Assembly (NCBI RefSeq): GCF_009914755.1
Contig: NC_060947.1
DNA length: 64,000 nucleotides
Direction: 5' to 3' (one strand)
Source of the DNA: the human T2T-CHM13v2.0 reference genome, Homo sapiens
The notes beneath the pieces were generated by a model. The model searched no databases. It was not told the DNA's origin and saw only the letters and a list, made by a program, of their open reading frames with translations. This document shows, one piece after another, positions 1 to 12,749 of the stretch. The stretch's first letter is position 1, and each line of letters starts with the position of its first letter. The position numbers and the translations under genes were made by a program.

Positions 1-765
1 ATATATGTACACTCATGTTCATAGCAGCACTATTTACAAAAGCCAAAAGGTGGAACACTCCAAATGACCATCAGCATATAACTAGACAAAGAAATTTGGT
101 ACACCTATACAATGGAATATTTTTCATCCACAAAAAGGAGTGAAGTACTGATACACACTACAACATGGAAGAAACTTGAAAATAGTACATTAGGCCAGGC
201 GTAGTGGCTCACACCTGTAATCCCAGCACTTTTGGAGGCCGAGGCAGGTGGATCACCTGAGGTCAGGAGTTCGAGACCAGCCTGGCCAACATGGCAAAAC
301 CCCATCTCTACTAAAAATACAAAAAAAAAAAAAAAATAGCCAGGTGTGGTGGCACGTGCCTGTAATCCCAGCTACTCAGGAGGCTGAGGCAGAGGTTGCA
401 GTGAGCCGAGACCACACCACTGCACTCCAGCCTGGGCAACAGAGCAAGACTCTGTCTCAAAAAAAAAAAAAAAGAAAATAATATGTAAAAGAAGTCAAAC
501 ACAAAACATCACTTATTGTACTATTCCATTTAAATGAAATCTCCAAAATAAATTCGTAGAGACACAATGCAGAATAGTGGATGCCAGGAGCTAAGGAGAG
601 GGAAGACATTGCTTAGTGGATAAGGAGTTTTATTTTGGAGAGATGGAAATGTTTTGAAACTAGATAGAGGTGGTGATTGCACAACATTGTGACTGTACTA
701 AATACCAGTAAATCGTTCACTTGAAAATGGTTAATTTTGTTATTTGAATTTCACCTCAAATTATT
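1..765 (+). mobile_element. Old L1 (L1MB-like) ORF2 end/3'UTR, split by an Alu
   Basis: atgttcatagcagcactattt...caacatgga...gatggaaatgttttgaaactagatagaggtggtgattgcacaac...aaaatggttaattt resembles L1MB 3' ends. Confidence 0.8.
193..473 (+). mobile_element. AluS with short deletion in right arm
   Basis: Dimeric Alu; gaggctgaggc joined directly to agaggttgcag; poly(A) tail. Confidence 0.95.
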
Positions 766-986
766 ATTAAAAAGAAATAAACTGCATCGAAAGAATGAAG
801 CAAAAGATTGTAAACTTTCAATATTCAAAAGTTCATGTAATGAAGCATTAGAGAAGATACTGCAGAAAATAATATCTCAGAAAATAAAACGGAGTAGACC
901 AAGTTCCCTTGGGGCAAAATTTAGGTTTGAAGAGTTATGAGGTGTTTTTCTCACTCATTTAACTTGGCTAATTTTCTAAGAATGAA

Positions 987-1274
987 TTTTTTTTTTTTTT
1001 TGAGATGGAGTCTCGCTCTGTCGCCCAGGCTGGAGTGCAGTGGCACGATCTCGGCTCACAGCAAGCTCTGCCTCCCAGGTTCACGCCATTCTTCTGCCTC
1101 AGCCTCCTGGGACTACAGGTGCCCGCCACCACGCCCGACTAATTTTTTATATTTTTAGTAGATACTGGGTTTCACCGTGTTAGCCAGCATGGTCTTGATC
1201 TCCTGACCTCGTGATCCGCCTGCCTCGGCCTCCCAAAGTGCTGGAATTACAGGCGTGAGCCACCGCACCGGGCC
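987..1274 (-). mobile_element. AluY
   Basis: gcaagctc...ttcacgccattc diagnostic; TSD agaatgaat. Confidence 0.95.
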
Positions 1275-1595
1275 AGAATGAATATTTTCTATATCTGCTT
1301 AGAACCCTAAGTGTTAAGACATAACATCTTAATTTGTTTTACTATAGCATCAATATTTTTATCTGTCCTCAAGGGTTTTTCTGCTTCTCTCTAATGGGCA
1401 ACATCTAGGGATAAAATTTTAATTATTTTATTAATTCAGCTTTAAATTTATAATTATGTGAATAAATTTTTATTTACATGCAATATAAACAAATACATCA
1501 TTTTGTGATCTAACCACATTTGCATACTATGTCATGTGTTCCTAAATGATGTGGCATTAAAAGTATAAATGGTTCTTTTAAAAATTCCATATTCT

Positions 1596-1918
1596 GGCCA
1601 GGTGTGGTGGCTCACGCCTGTAATCCCAGCACTTTGGGAGTCTGAGGTGGGCGGATCACCTGAGGTCAGGCATTCAAGACCAGCCTGGCCAACATGGTGA
1701 AACCCCATCTCTACTAAAAATACAAAAATTAGCTGGACGTGGTGGCAGGCACCTGTAATCTCAGCTACTCAGGAGGCTGAGGCAGGAGAATCGCTTGAAC
1801 CTGAGAGGCAGAGGTTGCAGTGAGCCGAGACCACGCCACTGCCCTCCAGCCTGGGTGACAGAGCGAGACTCTGTGGCAAAAAACAAACAAACAAACAACA
1901 AAACAACAACAAACAAAC
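1596..1918 (+). mobile_element. AluSx-type
   Basis: Full dimer with (CAAA)n tail; TSD-like catattct. Confidence 0.95.
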
Positions 1919-1953
1919 ATATTCTACAACTTTACTCCCAAATTTAAATTTCC

Positions 1954-2062
1954 TTTTTTTTTTTTTTTTTGACAGGCTTGTCTCGAACTCCTGACCTCGT
2001 GATCCGCCCTCCTTGGCCTCCCAAAGTGCTGGGATTACAGGCGTGAGCCACTGTGTCTGGCC
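1954..2062 (-). mobile_element. Alu 5' ~92 nt directly followed by poly(A)
   Basis: Left-arm sequence stops after gagacaagcctgtc and runs into A17. Confidence 0.9.
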
Positions 2063-2393
2063 CCCAAATTCCATTTTTAAGAGGCTAAGGAAACAACAAC
2101 AAAAAAATGTGTTCCACAAATTTAGAATTTCAAGAGATTTTAAATCTTTACCTCAAACTCATTCATGCAGTTATTCAGTCATTCAACAAATATTTATTTA
2201 ACTGTGACTTTGTGACCAACTGGGAGAGGGGAACACAGATATGGTGCCAAACTCAAGGGACAGGTCACCTCCCTTAGGGAGCTTATATGTTGATGTGTAA
2301 GACAACCAAATGAGATAACTTCAGAAAATGATGTCATAGACAACATAAAACATGACTATGAGATTAAAGGTGCATTTTTGTGTAAAGCTGTAC

Positions 2394-2512
2394 TTTTTTT
2401 TTTTTTTTTTAGTCTAGTGTAGTGAGAAGGTGGGAAAGAGTAGAACAAGGAGTTTGATCTGTAACTGACTGTGAACAATCAATTGAGATAAATTACTAGC
2501 TTTGGACCAGCC
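2394..2512 (-). pseudogene. Y1 RNA (RNY1) retropseudogene with poly(A) tail
   Basis: Reverse complement of 2411-2512 reads ggctggtccaaagctagtaatttatctcaattgattgttcacagtcagttacagatcaaactccttgttctactctttcccaccttctcactac, close to hY1; A17 tail; no upstream Pol III promoter context (an Alu tail lies upstream). Confidence 0.95.
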
Positions 2513-2522
2513 TCAAGGTGTA

Positions 2523-2848
2523 TTTTTTATTTTTATTTATTTTATTTATTTATGTATTTATTTATTTGAGACACAGGCTTGCTCTGTCGCCCAGGCTGGA
2601 GTGCAGTGGTGCAATCTTGGCTCACTGCAACCTCCGCCTCCCAGGTCAAGCAATCCTCCCACCTCAGCCTCCCAAGTAGCTGGGATTACAGGCATGTGCC
2701 ACCATGCCCGGATAATTTTTGTATTTTTAGTAGAGACGAGATTTCACCAGGTTGGCCAGGCTGGTCTCAACCTCCTGACCTCAAGTGATCCATCGGCCTC
2801 GGCCTCCCAAACTGCTGGGATTACAAGCATGAACCACTGCGCCTAGCC
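2523..2848 (-). mobile_element. Alu (S/J)
   Basis: Full dimer with (TTTA)n tail. Confidence 0.95.
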
Positions 2849-2940
2849 TTGAGGTGTACTTTAAATAGGGTGATTTGGAAATGCCTAGCTGCAAAGTCAA
2901 CATTTGAGCTAAGACGTGAATAATAAAAGGGACCCAGTCA

Positions 2941-3293
<353 letters not shown>

Positions 3294-3561
3294 GATCATC
3301 AAGAGCAAAAGTCATAAAGCCAATCTGGCAATCTGGGCTTGGGCCTTGTACAACTGGATGGATCATAGAAAACTAGAGAACTAAGGGCAGAGGCGACATG
3401 GAAAGAAGTCAGAGAGGTGAGGAGGAACTGGTTTGTCAGGGTAGTATAGTCCAGGGTAAAAAGTCTGATTTTATTTAAGTACACCTATGCTCTGAAATGT
3501 TTACAACACCAAGAGTAATCTGGTCAAAGCAGCAGATAAAAGGGATTGGTGAAACACAAAC

Positions 3562-3562
<1 letters not shown>

Positions 3563-3610
<48 letters not shown>

Positions 3611-3611
3611 A
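3563..3611. repeat. (CA)n microsatellite
   Basis: About 21 uninterrupted CA units. Confidence 0.98.
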
Positions 3612-3704
3612 TTTAAGAGAGGATATACCAAAACATATACTTCCCTTTGGTTGTCAGAAATTAATCTGATCAGCCTGAAAGATTGTTTTCTTTTCCTTCT
3701 AGCC

Positions 3705-3915
3705 CAGGGTTTCTCAAACTCAGCGCTATTGACATTTGGACTGGATAATTTTGGGAGGAGCTGCCCTGTACATTGCAGAATGTTTAACAGCATCCCTGAT
3801 ATCTACCTGCTAAATACTAGTAGCACCCCTCTCCGAGGCTGTGACCACCAGAAACATGTCTAGAGATTGCCAACTGTCTTATAGAAGCAAAACTGACCTT
3901 GGTAGGGTACAACTG
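3705..3915 (-). mobile_element. MER20 (hAT-Charlie MITE)
   Basis: cagggtttctcaa...ctattgacatttgg...cagcatccctg...gattgccaa matches MER20 reverse strand. Confidence 0.85.
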
Positions 3916-4738
3916 TTCTAATGCAAGGCAGGAAAGTGAATAGATGCCATGTAGGGAGGTAGATTTTGAAGGAGGTGGCATTTTCTTTTTAATTTCGCCT
4001 TTCCCACCTCCAGCCTCATTCCAAAGCCTCTCCTGATTCCCCAGCCTATGGAACACATACACTGGTGTTAAGTAAATATTCAGTAAATTCTTCCAATACT
4101 GACTGCCAATCTGTACACACTGAGCCAAAATTTTTCTTCAACAACAGGGTGGTAGGTGGAGGATACCATTGGATTTGAGTAGTCTGGGTAACTGCCTCAA
4201 CTTTTCAGCTCATTTTGTTTATATAGAGCCTTAAAGAGACAAAACCTCCTACTGGATGTCTACAGAACACCAAAAGAATTATTCATTTTCTAAATTCCAA
4301 CAAAGTTTTCTGAAAACACAACTTTTATTCACTGACTTCAATTATAAACTTAGAGTTGCATTTCCATAAGCAGCACCTCCTAACAGAGTATGAGACTGTG
4401 AGAGTAGCAGAGAGTAGTCAGAGACTCTCGGGCAGGGTTTCCCATTCTCAGTACCATTGACATTTGGGGCCAGATAATTATTTTTGTGGGGATCTGTCCT
4501 GTGCATTATAGGATATTGAGCAGCATCCCTGGTCTCTGCCCACAGGATGCCAGAAGCACCCACCCCACTCCTTTTGCAAAAATAAAAAAAAACTGTTTGT
4601 AATGAATATCCAGGAGTCCATACTGATGTAAAGAAATGATGGATAAATAAATAGATATGGGAGAAGATACAAATTTCCCACAGAGAAGAATTCTAAGTAA
4701 TTTATGTAGATACACTTTCCTCAAGGAGGTAGTACCTA

Positions 4739-5200
<462 letters not shown>

Positions 5201-5283
5201 TTAGATATGATAAAATGAGAATGGCAGTTCACCTCCATGGTGCCTCCCCTCAAATCCCATATCAGAATAACATTAGATAAATT

Positions 5284-5563
<280 letters not shown>

Positions 5564-5748
5564 TTAGACAAATCCTAACTAAAAGATACTCTGCAAAATA
5601 CCTAATCAGTACTCCTCAAAACTGTCAAGGTCATCAAAAACAAAGAAAGTCTGAGAAACTGTTATAGCCAAGAGAAGTCTAGCTAAATACAATGTGGTTT
5701 CTTGGATGGGGTCCTGAAACAGAAAAAGGACATTAAGTACCAACTAAG

Positions 5749-7637
5749 TGTGTCCGGAATTGGTGGGTTCTTGGTCTCACTGACTTTAAGAAAGAAGCCA
5801 CGGACCCTCGTGGTGAGTGTTACAGTTTTTAAAGGCGGCGTGTCTGGAGTTTGTTCCTTCTGATGTTCGGATGTGTTTGGAGTTTCTTCCTTCTGGTGGG
5901 TTCATGTTCTCGCTGGCTCAGGAGTGAAGCTGCAGACCTTCGCAGTGAGTGTTACAGCTCTTAAGGCGGCGCATCTGGAGTTGTTCATTCCTCCCAGTGG
6001 GTTCGTGGTCTCGCTGGCTTCAGAAGTGAAGCTGCAGACCTTCGCGGTGAGTGTTACAGCTCATAAAGGCAGTTTGGACCCAGAGAGTGAGCAGCAGCAA
6101 GATTTATTGCAAAGAGCAAAAGAACAAAACTTCCACAGTGTGGAAGGGGACCTGAGCAGGTTGCCACTGCTGGCTCGGGCAGCCTGCTTTTATTCCCTTA
6201 TCTGGCCTCACCCACATCCTGCTGATTGGTCCATTTTACAGAGAACTGATTGTTCTGTTTTACAGAGAGCTGATTGGTCCGTTTTGACAGGGTGCTCATT
6301 GGTGCATTTACAATCCCTGAGCTAGACACAAAAGTTCCCCACGTCCCCACTAGATTAGCTAGACACAGAGTGTCCATACAAAAGTTCTCCACTTCCCCAC
6401 TAGATTAGCTAGACACAGAGTGTTGATTGGTGCATTCACAAACCCTGAGCTAGACACAGGGTGCTGATTGGTGTGTTTACAAACCTTGAGCTAGATACAG
6501 AGTGTTGATTGGTGTATTTACAATCCCTTAGCTAGACACAAAGGTTCTCCAAGTCCCCACCAGAGTAGCTAGATACAGAGTGTCAATTGGTGCATTCACA
6601 AACCCTGAGCTAGACACAGGGTGCTGATTGGTGTGTTCACAAACCTTGAGCTAGATACACAGTGCCAACTGGTGTATTTACAATCCCTTAGCTAGACATA
6701 AAGGTTCTCCAAGTCCCCACCAGAGTAGCTAGATACAGAGTGTCGATTGGTGCATTCACAAACCCTGAGCTAGACACAGGGTGCCGATTGGTGTGTTTAC
6801 AAACCTTGAGCTAGATACAGAGTGCCGATTGGTGTATTTACAATCCCTTAGCTAGACATAAAGGTTCTCCAAGTCCCCACCAGAGTAGCTGGATACAGAG
6901 TGTCAACTGGTGCATTCACAAACCCTGAGCTAGACACAGAGTGCTGATTGGTGTATTTACAATCCCCTAGCTAGACATAAAGGTTCTTCAAGTCCCCACC
7001 AGACTCAGGAGCCCAGCTGGCTTCACCCAGTGGATCCCTCACTGGGGCTGCAGGTGGAGCTACCTGCCAGTCCCGTGCTGTGGGCCCACACTTCTCAGCC
7101 CTTGGGTGAGGATGGGACTGGGCACCGTGGAACAGGGGGTGGCACTCGTCGGCGAGGCTCGGGCCGCACAGGAGCCCATGGAGGGGGCGGAGGCTCAGGC
7201 ATGGCGGGCTGCAGGTCCCGAGCCCTCCCCCGTGGGGAGGCAGCTAAGGCCTAGTGAGAAGCTAAGGCCCCGGCACTGCTGGGGGACCCAGCACACCCTC
7301 CGCAGATGCTGGCCCGGGTGCTAAGCCCCTCATTGCCCAGTGCAGCAGGGCTGGCTGGCCACTCCGAGTGCGGGGCCACCAAGCCCACGCCCACCTGGAA
7401 CTCCAGCTGGCCCGCAAGCACCACACGCAACCCTGGTTCCCACTTGCGCCTCTCCCTCCACACCTCCCTGCAAGCTGAGGGAGCCAGCTCAGGCCTTGGC
7501 CAGCCTAGAAAGGGGCTCCCACAGTGCAGCAGTGGGCTGAAGGCCTCCTCGAGTGCCGCCCAAGTGGGAGCCCAGGCAGAGGAGGCGCCGAGAGTGAGCG
7601 GGGGCTGCGAGGGCTGCCAGCACTCTATCACCTCTCA
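5749..7637 (-). mobile_element. Solo LTR12 (ERV9; LTR12C-like)
   Basis: Minus strand begins tgagaggtga and ends ccaattccggacaca; 4-bp TSD taag at 5745-5748 and 7638-7641. Confidence 0.97.
6290..7000 (-). promoter_or_regulatory. LTR12 U3 tandem enhancer repeats (CCAAT/NF-Y-rich) upstream of the LTR promoter
   Basis: ~41-bp subunits with attgg (CCAAT) and gctaga; higher-order units start at 6381, 6541, 6701 and 6861; AATAAAA TATA-like box near 6188-6194 on minus. Confidence 0.85.
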
Positions 7638-8621
7638 TAAGGACATAGAAATAAAGTATAAACTTTAGTTAATAGTAATGTGTCAGTATCTCTTCCTTGG
7701 TGTAACAATACATCACACCAATGTAAGACGTTAACAATAGGGGAAACTAAGTGAAGATATATGCAAGTCTTTGTACTATGTTTGCAACTTTTTTTGTAAC
7801 TCTAAAACTACTGTAAAAACTTTTTAAGTTTATTTTTTAAATGTCTTCAGATATTGCCAAACTTCCCCTAGGGAGCAAAATCTCCTTCAGTTAAGAATCA
7901 CTGTTCTAGGTCAATCTAGTCATTTGCTTTATCATTATAACACTTTCCACCTTTTACAATATTTTTACTAACTCCCAGCTCTCCTCTATGTTGTCAGCAA
8001 CTCTTAATATTCAAGAATTCTTAGACTTTAAGATCTCCTTTGTTCTCACCCACAGCTTTCAGAGCTTTCCTCCTCTCCACTTTTGTCTGTCTATTCACTA
8101 CATACCAATTGAAGTGGAGTTCAATGTCATTTCCCTCATAGGTAATGCTATCTAACAAATCAAGTCTGTAAATTCTTCTACTTCAAGACATGAGGTAATA
8201 GTTAAACTACTTTTTTCAGCTTGAAAATCTGCACATTGTGATTACATTAAAAAGGGCTACTTGCACTTCATCAGTGTTGCAAAAACTTCAGTTCAAGAGT
8301 GATACTGTCTTAATATTAAGACTGCTTTGCCCTGAAAAGATATTCCACCAATATATGGAACAGAGGCTTCAGCTGCAGATATGAAATAGAATTAGTTTAA
8401 GGCAAAATGGTCTGCCAAATCCAACATTGTCAGTCACTCTCCATAGCATTTTGTGATTTTAAAAATTTTTACCTAGTAGTTGTTCAGCCATGAATATGAA
8501 TTTCTGCCTTCTTCCGGGTCTAAATATGAAGAAACAAAAGAGTTTGACCCAATATTGAAATTAAACCTGAAAAAATTAAAGATACCAGTAAAAAGAAAGA
8601 CAAGTGGAGCCACTAACGTAA

Positions 8622-8928
8622 TTTATTTTTATTTTTATTTTTATTTTTTGAGACAGAGTCTCGCTCTGTCGCCCAGGCTGGAGTGCAATGGCACTATCTC
8701 AGCTCACTGCAACTCCACCTCCTGAGTTCAAGTGATTCTCCTGCCTCAGCCTCCTGAGTAGCTGGGATTACAGGCACGCACCACCACGCCTGGCTAATTT
8801 TTGTATTTTTAGTAGAGGCAGGGTTTCGCCATGTTGGTCAGGCTGGTCTCAAACTCCTGACCTTGTGATCGGCCCGCCTTGGCCTCCCAAAGTGCGGGGA
8901 TTATAGGCATGAGCCACCACGCCCGGCC
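8622..8928 (-). mobile_element. AluS
   Basis: Full dimer; TSD gcc(a/c)ctaacgt. Confidence 0.95.
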
Positions 8929-10182
8929 GCCCCTAACGTTTTCAAAGTGTAATCCTCTTTCTGAGGTGGTGGTTCCTTTTATACCACTATTTCCTTCCTC
9001 TGAATTGCTGTTCCTATTCCCACCCAACTCTAATAGAAACATAGCCTATGTTTTATTATATGTGTAGCAGTGTCTTGGCTGGGCTGAAGGTAGTGCCAGA
9101 ACCTTGTCTGAGAGAAATTAGATGACACTTCCCCCATCGCTTCTTTTATCTATTTGCATAAGTTTATATGCATGGAGACTGGGGTTTGGGCCGAAGGAGG
9201 AGTGATAAGTTGGTTTTCATTTGTTGTTATTTGCTGGAGCACACAGAAAAAGATAATGAAAGCTGGAAAGAAAAGAAGGTAAGGTAGAGTGCTGGTGCTA
9301 TGGCTGAATCTTTGGATTTGAGGCCTGGTAGGGGAGAAGGGTATATGGCCAAAGCTGAGGGAGTCATTTTCTTGAAGGACTTTATGTGATTCTGGGCTGA
9401 AATAATGCTGTTTAGGTACAAAATTAGAAAATTATTGTAGAGTTGGGTGAGGGGCCTAGATCCCTGTACCTCAAGGACTGGAAACTTTGTGAAAATAGGG
9501 AGCCAGTACCCTTGGCACAGACAATGCTGTTTGCACAAAGGGTATCTGCAGCAGAGGCAGTGATAAGATGCTTTGCCTAGCAGGCTAGAGTATAAGAATG
9601 TAAGCGAACTTGTTACAAACACGTGGCAAACAACTCTTCTGAAAACAGCCAGAAATAACTAGAGAGTCCTTGGAAGGGGTTTAAATTCCTCTGTGAGCAG
9701 GTGAGGGCTTGCAGGTGATGAAATTTGGATACAAGTGTACATGTGATCTCATTTTACCAGCAGGAAAAATCTGGAATATTTGGGTTATATAATTTTTGTT
9801 TTCTAGGATTCAATTCTAATAAGATCTGATATTTCTTAAACCTGTCTCCATCTTAGAAGAATACTACTCCATACCTGAGCCATCATTTACCTCCAAAGTC
9901 TAAAGACACACTATTATAGTTTCCACTGAGAGTCCTTTGAGCAATCTTGTCTAACAGCATGCTAACTGGCTATAGGTCTCATTCTCTGGAAGTTCCCTAG
10001 AGTTAGCCTTCCTCAGTCACCTAAGTTAACAAGGATACTTCTCCTTCAGAAAAGTAATGTAGCTTATTTTTACTTTAACCCCCTTGGAAGCCTCTAAATA
10101 TCCTTTTAAAAACACTTATCATAGGGAGCCACATGCTCCTTTCAATAACCAGTGTTTCTTTCTATGAAAATAGGCCTCTTCG

Positions 10183-10431
10183 GGCTGGTCACGGTGGCTC
10201 ATGCCGGTAATCCCAGCACTTTGGGAGGCTGAGGTGGGTGGATCACAAGGTCAGGAGATCGAGACCATCCTGGCTAACATGGTGAAACCCTGTCTTTACT
10301 AAAAATACAAAAAAAAAAAAAATGAAGTGAACCTGGGAGGCGGAGCTTTCAGTGAGCCGAGATCGTGCCACTGCACTCCAGCCTGAGCAACAGAGTGAGA
10401 CACCGACTCAAAAAAAAAAAAAAAAAAAAAA
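10183..10431 (+). mobile_element. AluY with start of right arm deleted
   Basis: gagaccatcctggctaac; linker joins gtgaacctggg; TSD aataggcctcttc. Confidence 0.95.
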
Positions 10432-11263
10432 GAATAGGCCTCTTCAGACCATTACTCTTTGCTGAAAATCCAGACTTTTGTGTCCTAGATAACTACAATA
10501 ATTATCTTGCTCCTTTTCTATTTTTCTTTGTACTTTTTAGTTAATACGGAAAAATAGACACTCATGTTCTCTGCATGTGGCAAGTACAGAAAAAAATTCA
10601 ATGAACACCAAGGCATCTAGACTATATATCAACTAATGAAAGATTTAGAAAGACAAATTTCTTGGACTGTAGCCACATGTCTTGTTGCCTAAGAATTTAA
10701 AGATTTAAAGTGGATTCATTTAAGATCCACTTAATATTCCATAATAATATGGTCAGTTAGGACATAGATGTTGACAACTTGAACATTTTCCCCATTACTA
10801 AGGAAGTGAAAGAAGATTGCATAGTAAGTTCAGTTTTATCTTTGGCTACAAAAGCTAATAACCCAACAAGAAACTTACAAATTGGTCTTTGGACTAAGCT
10901 TCCAATCTGCCTTTCAATTAAAATGAGTTTATATGAGATCTAAGTACTCTTGTAGATTGACTATGTGCAATGGAAAATATTCACAAGATGATGTGCAAAG
11001 GATCCAGAAAATAAATATATTTACTACTGAGGTCATGTACCAGTCTATATCATGGAAATTTAAAATAGCATCCTAAGATATTCCTGTAGATAAGCAACTG
11101 AACAGTACTGCCAAATCTTACTTTCTAGACAAAGCAGGAAACCAAAGTTATAGACTCAATGTGTCAGGAGATTTAGGTAAGCAGAAATAGTGTTAAAGCA
11201 ACATGAATCCAAAGGTCATCATAGTTGAATATCAGGTTTCTTTAATAGCTACATGACCATTGC

Positions 11264-11935
<672 letters not shown>

Positions 11936-12387
11936 TTATCCAGCAATTTTCTTTCCCACAGGAACAACAAATTGAACAAATATCACCACAAGAGATAAAA
12001 AGAAACAAAACTGAAAATGTAGGAGAGGGAGATGATGTTAAAGTGTAGAGTTTTTATTAGTTTTCTCTTTGTTTGCTAGTTTGTTTTTGCAGAGTTAAGT
12101 TCTCATCAGTTTAAAATAATGGATTTTAAAATGTTGTTTTCAAGCCTCATGGTAACCTCATATCAAAAAACCTATAACGGATACACAAAAAATAAAAAAG
12201 CAATAAATTAAAACATACCACCAGAGAAAACTACTTTCACAAAAAGAAAGGTGGAAAGGAAGGAAGGAAGATAATGCCACAACGCAAGCAGAAAACAAAT
12301 AACAAAGTGGCAGGAGTAAGTCCTTACTTATCAATAATAACACTGAATAGAAATAGACTAAACCCTCCAGTCAAAACACATACAGTT

Positions 12388-12749
<362 letters not shown>

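Noticed and set aside
2411-2512. Functional RNY1 gene
   Set aside because: Several substitutions, a poly(A) tail, TSD-like flanks and no upstream promoter context mark it as a retrocopy.
6290-7000. Regularly spaced repeats resembling a CRISPR array
   Set aside because: No unique spacers, no cas genes and a eukaryotic context; these are the known LTR12 U3 repeats.
7030-7637. GC/CpG-rich stretch with overlapping ORFs, suggesting a CpG-island gene start
   Set aside because: Lies wholly within the LTR12 U3.
10708-10732. 8-bp inverted repeat aagtggat/atccactt
   Set aside because: Expected by chance in 64 kb; no associated structure.
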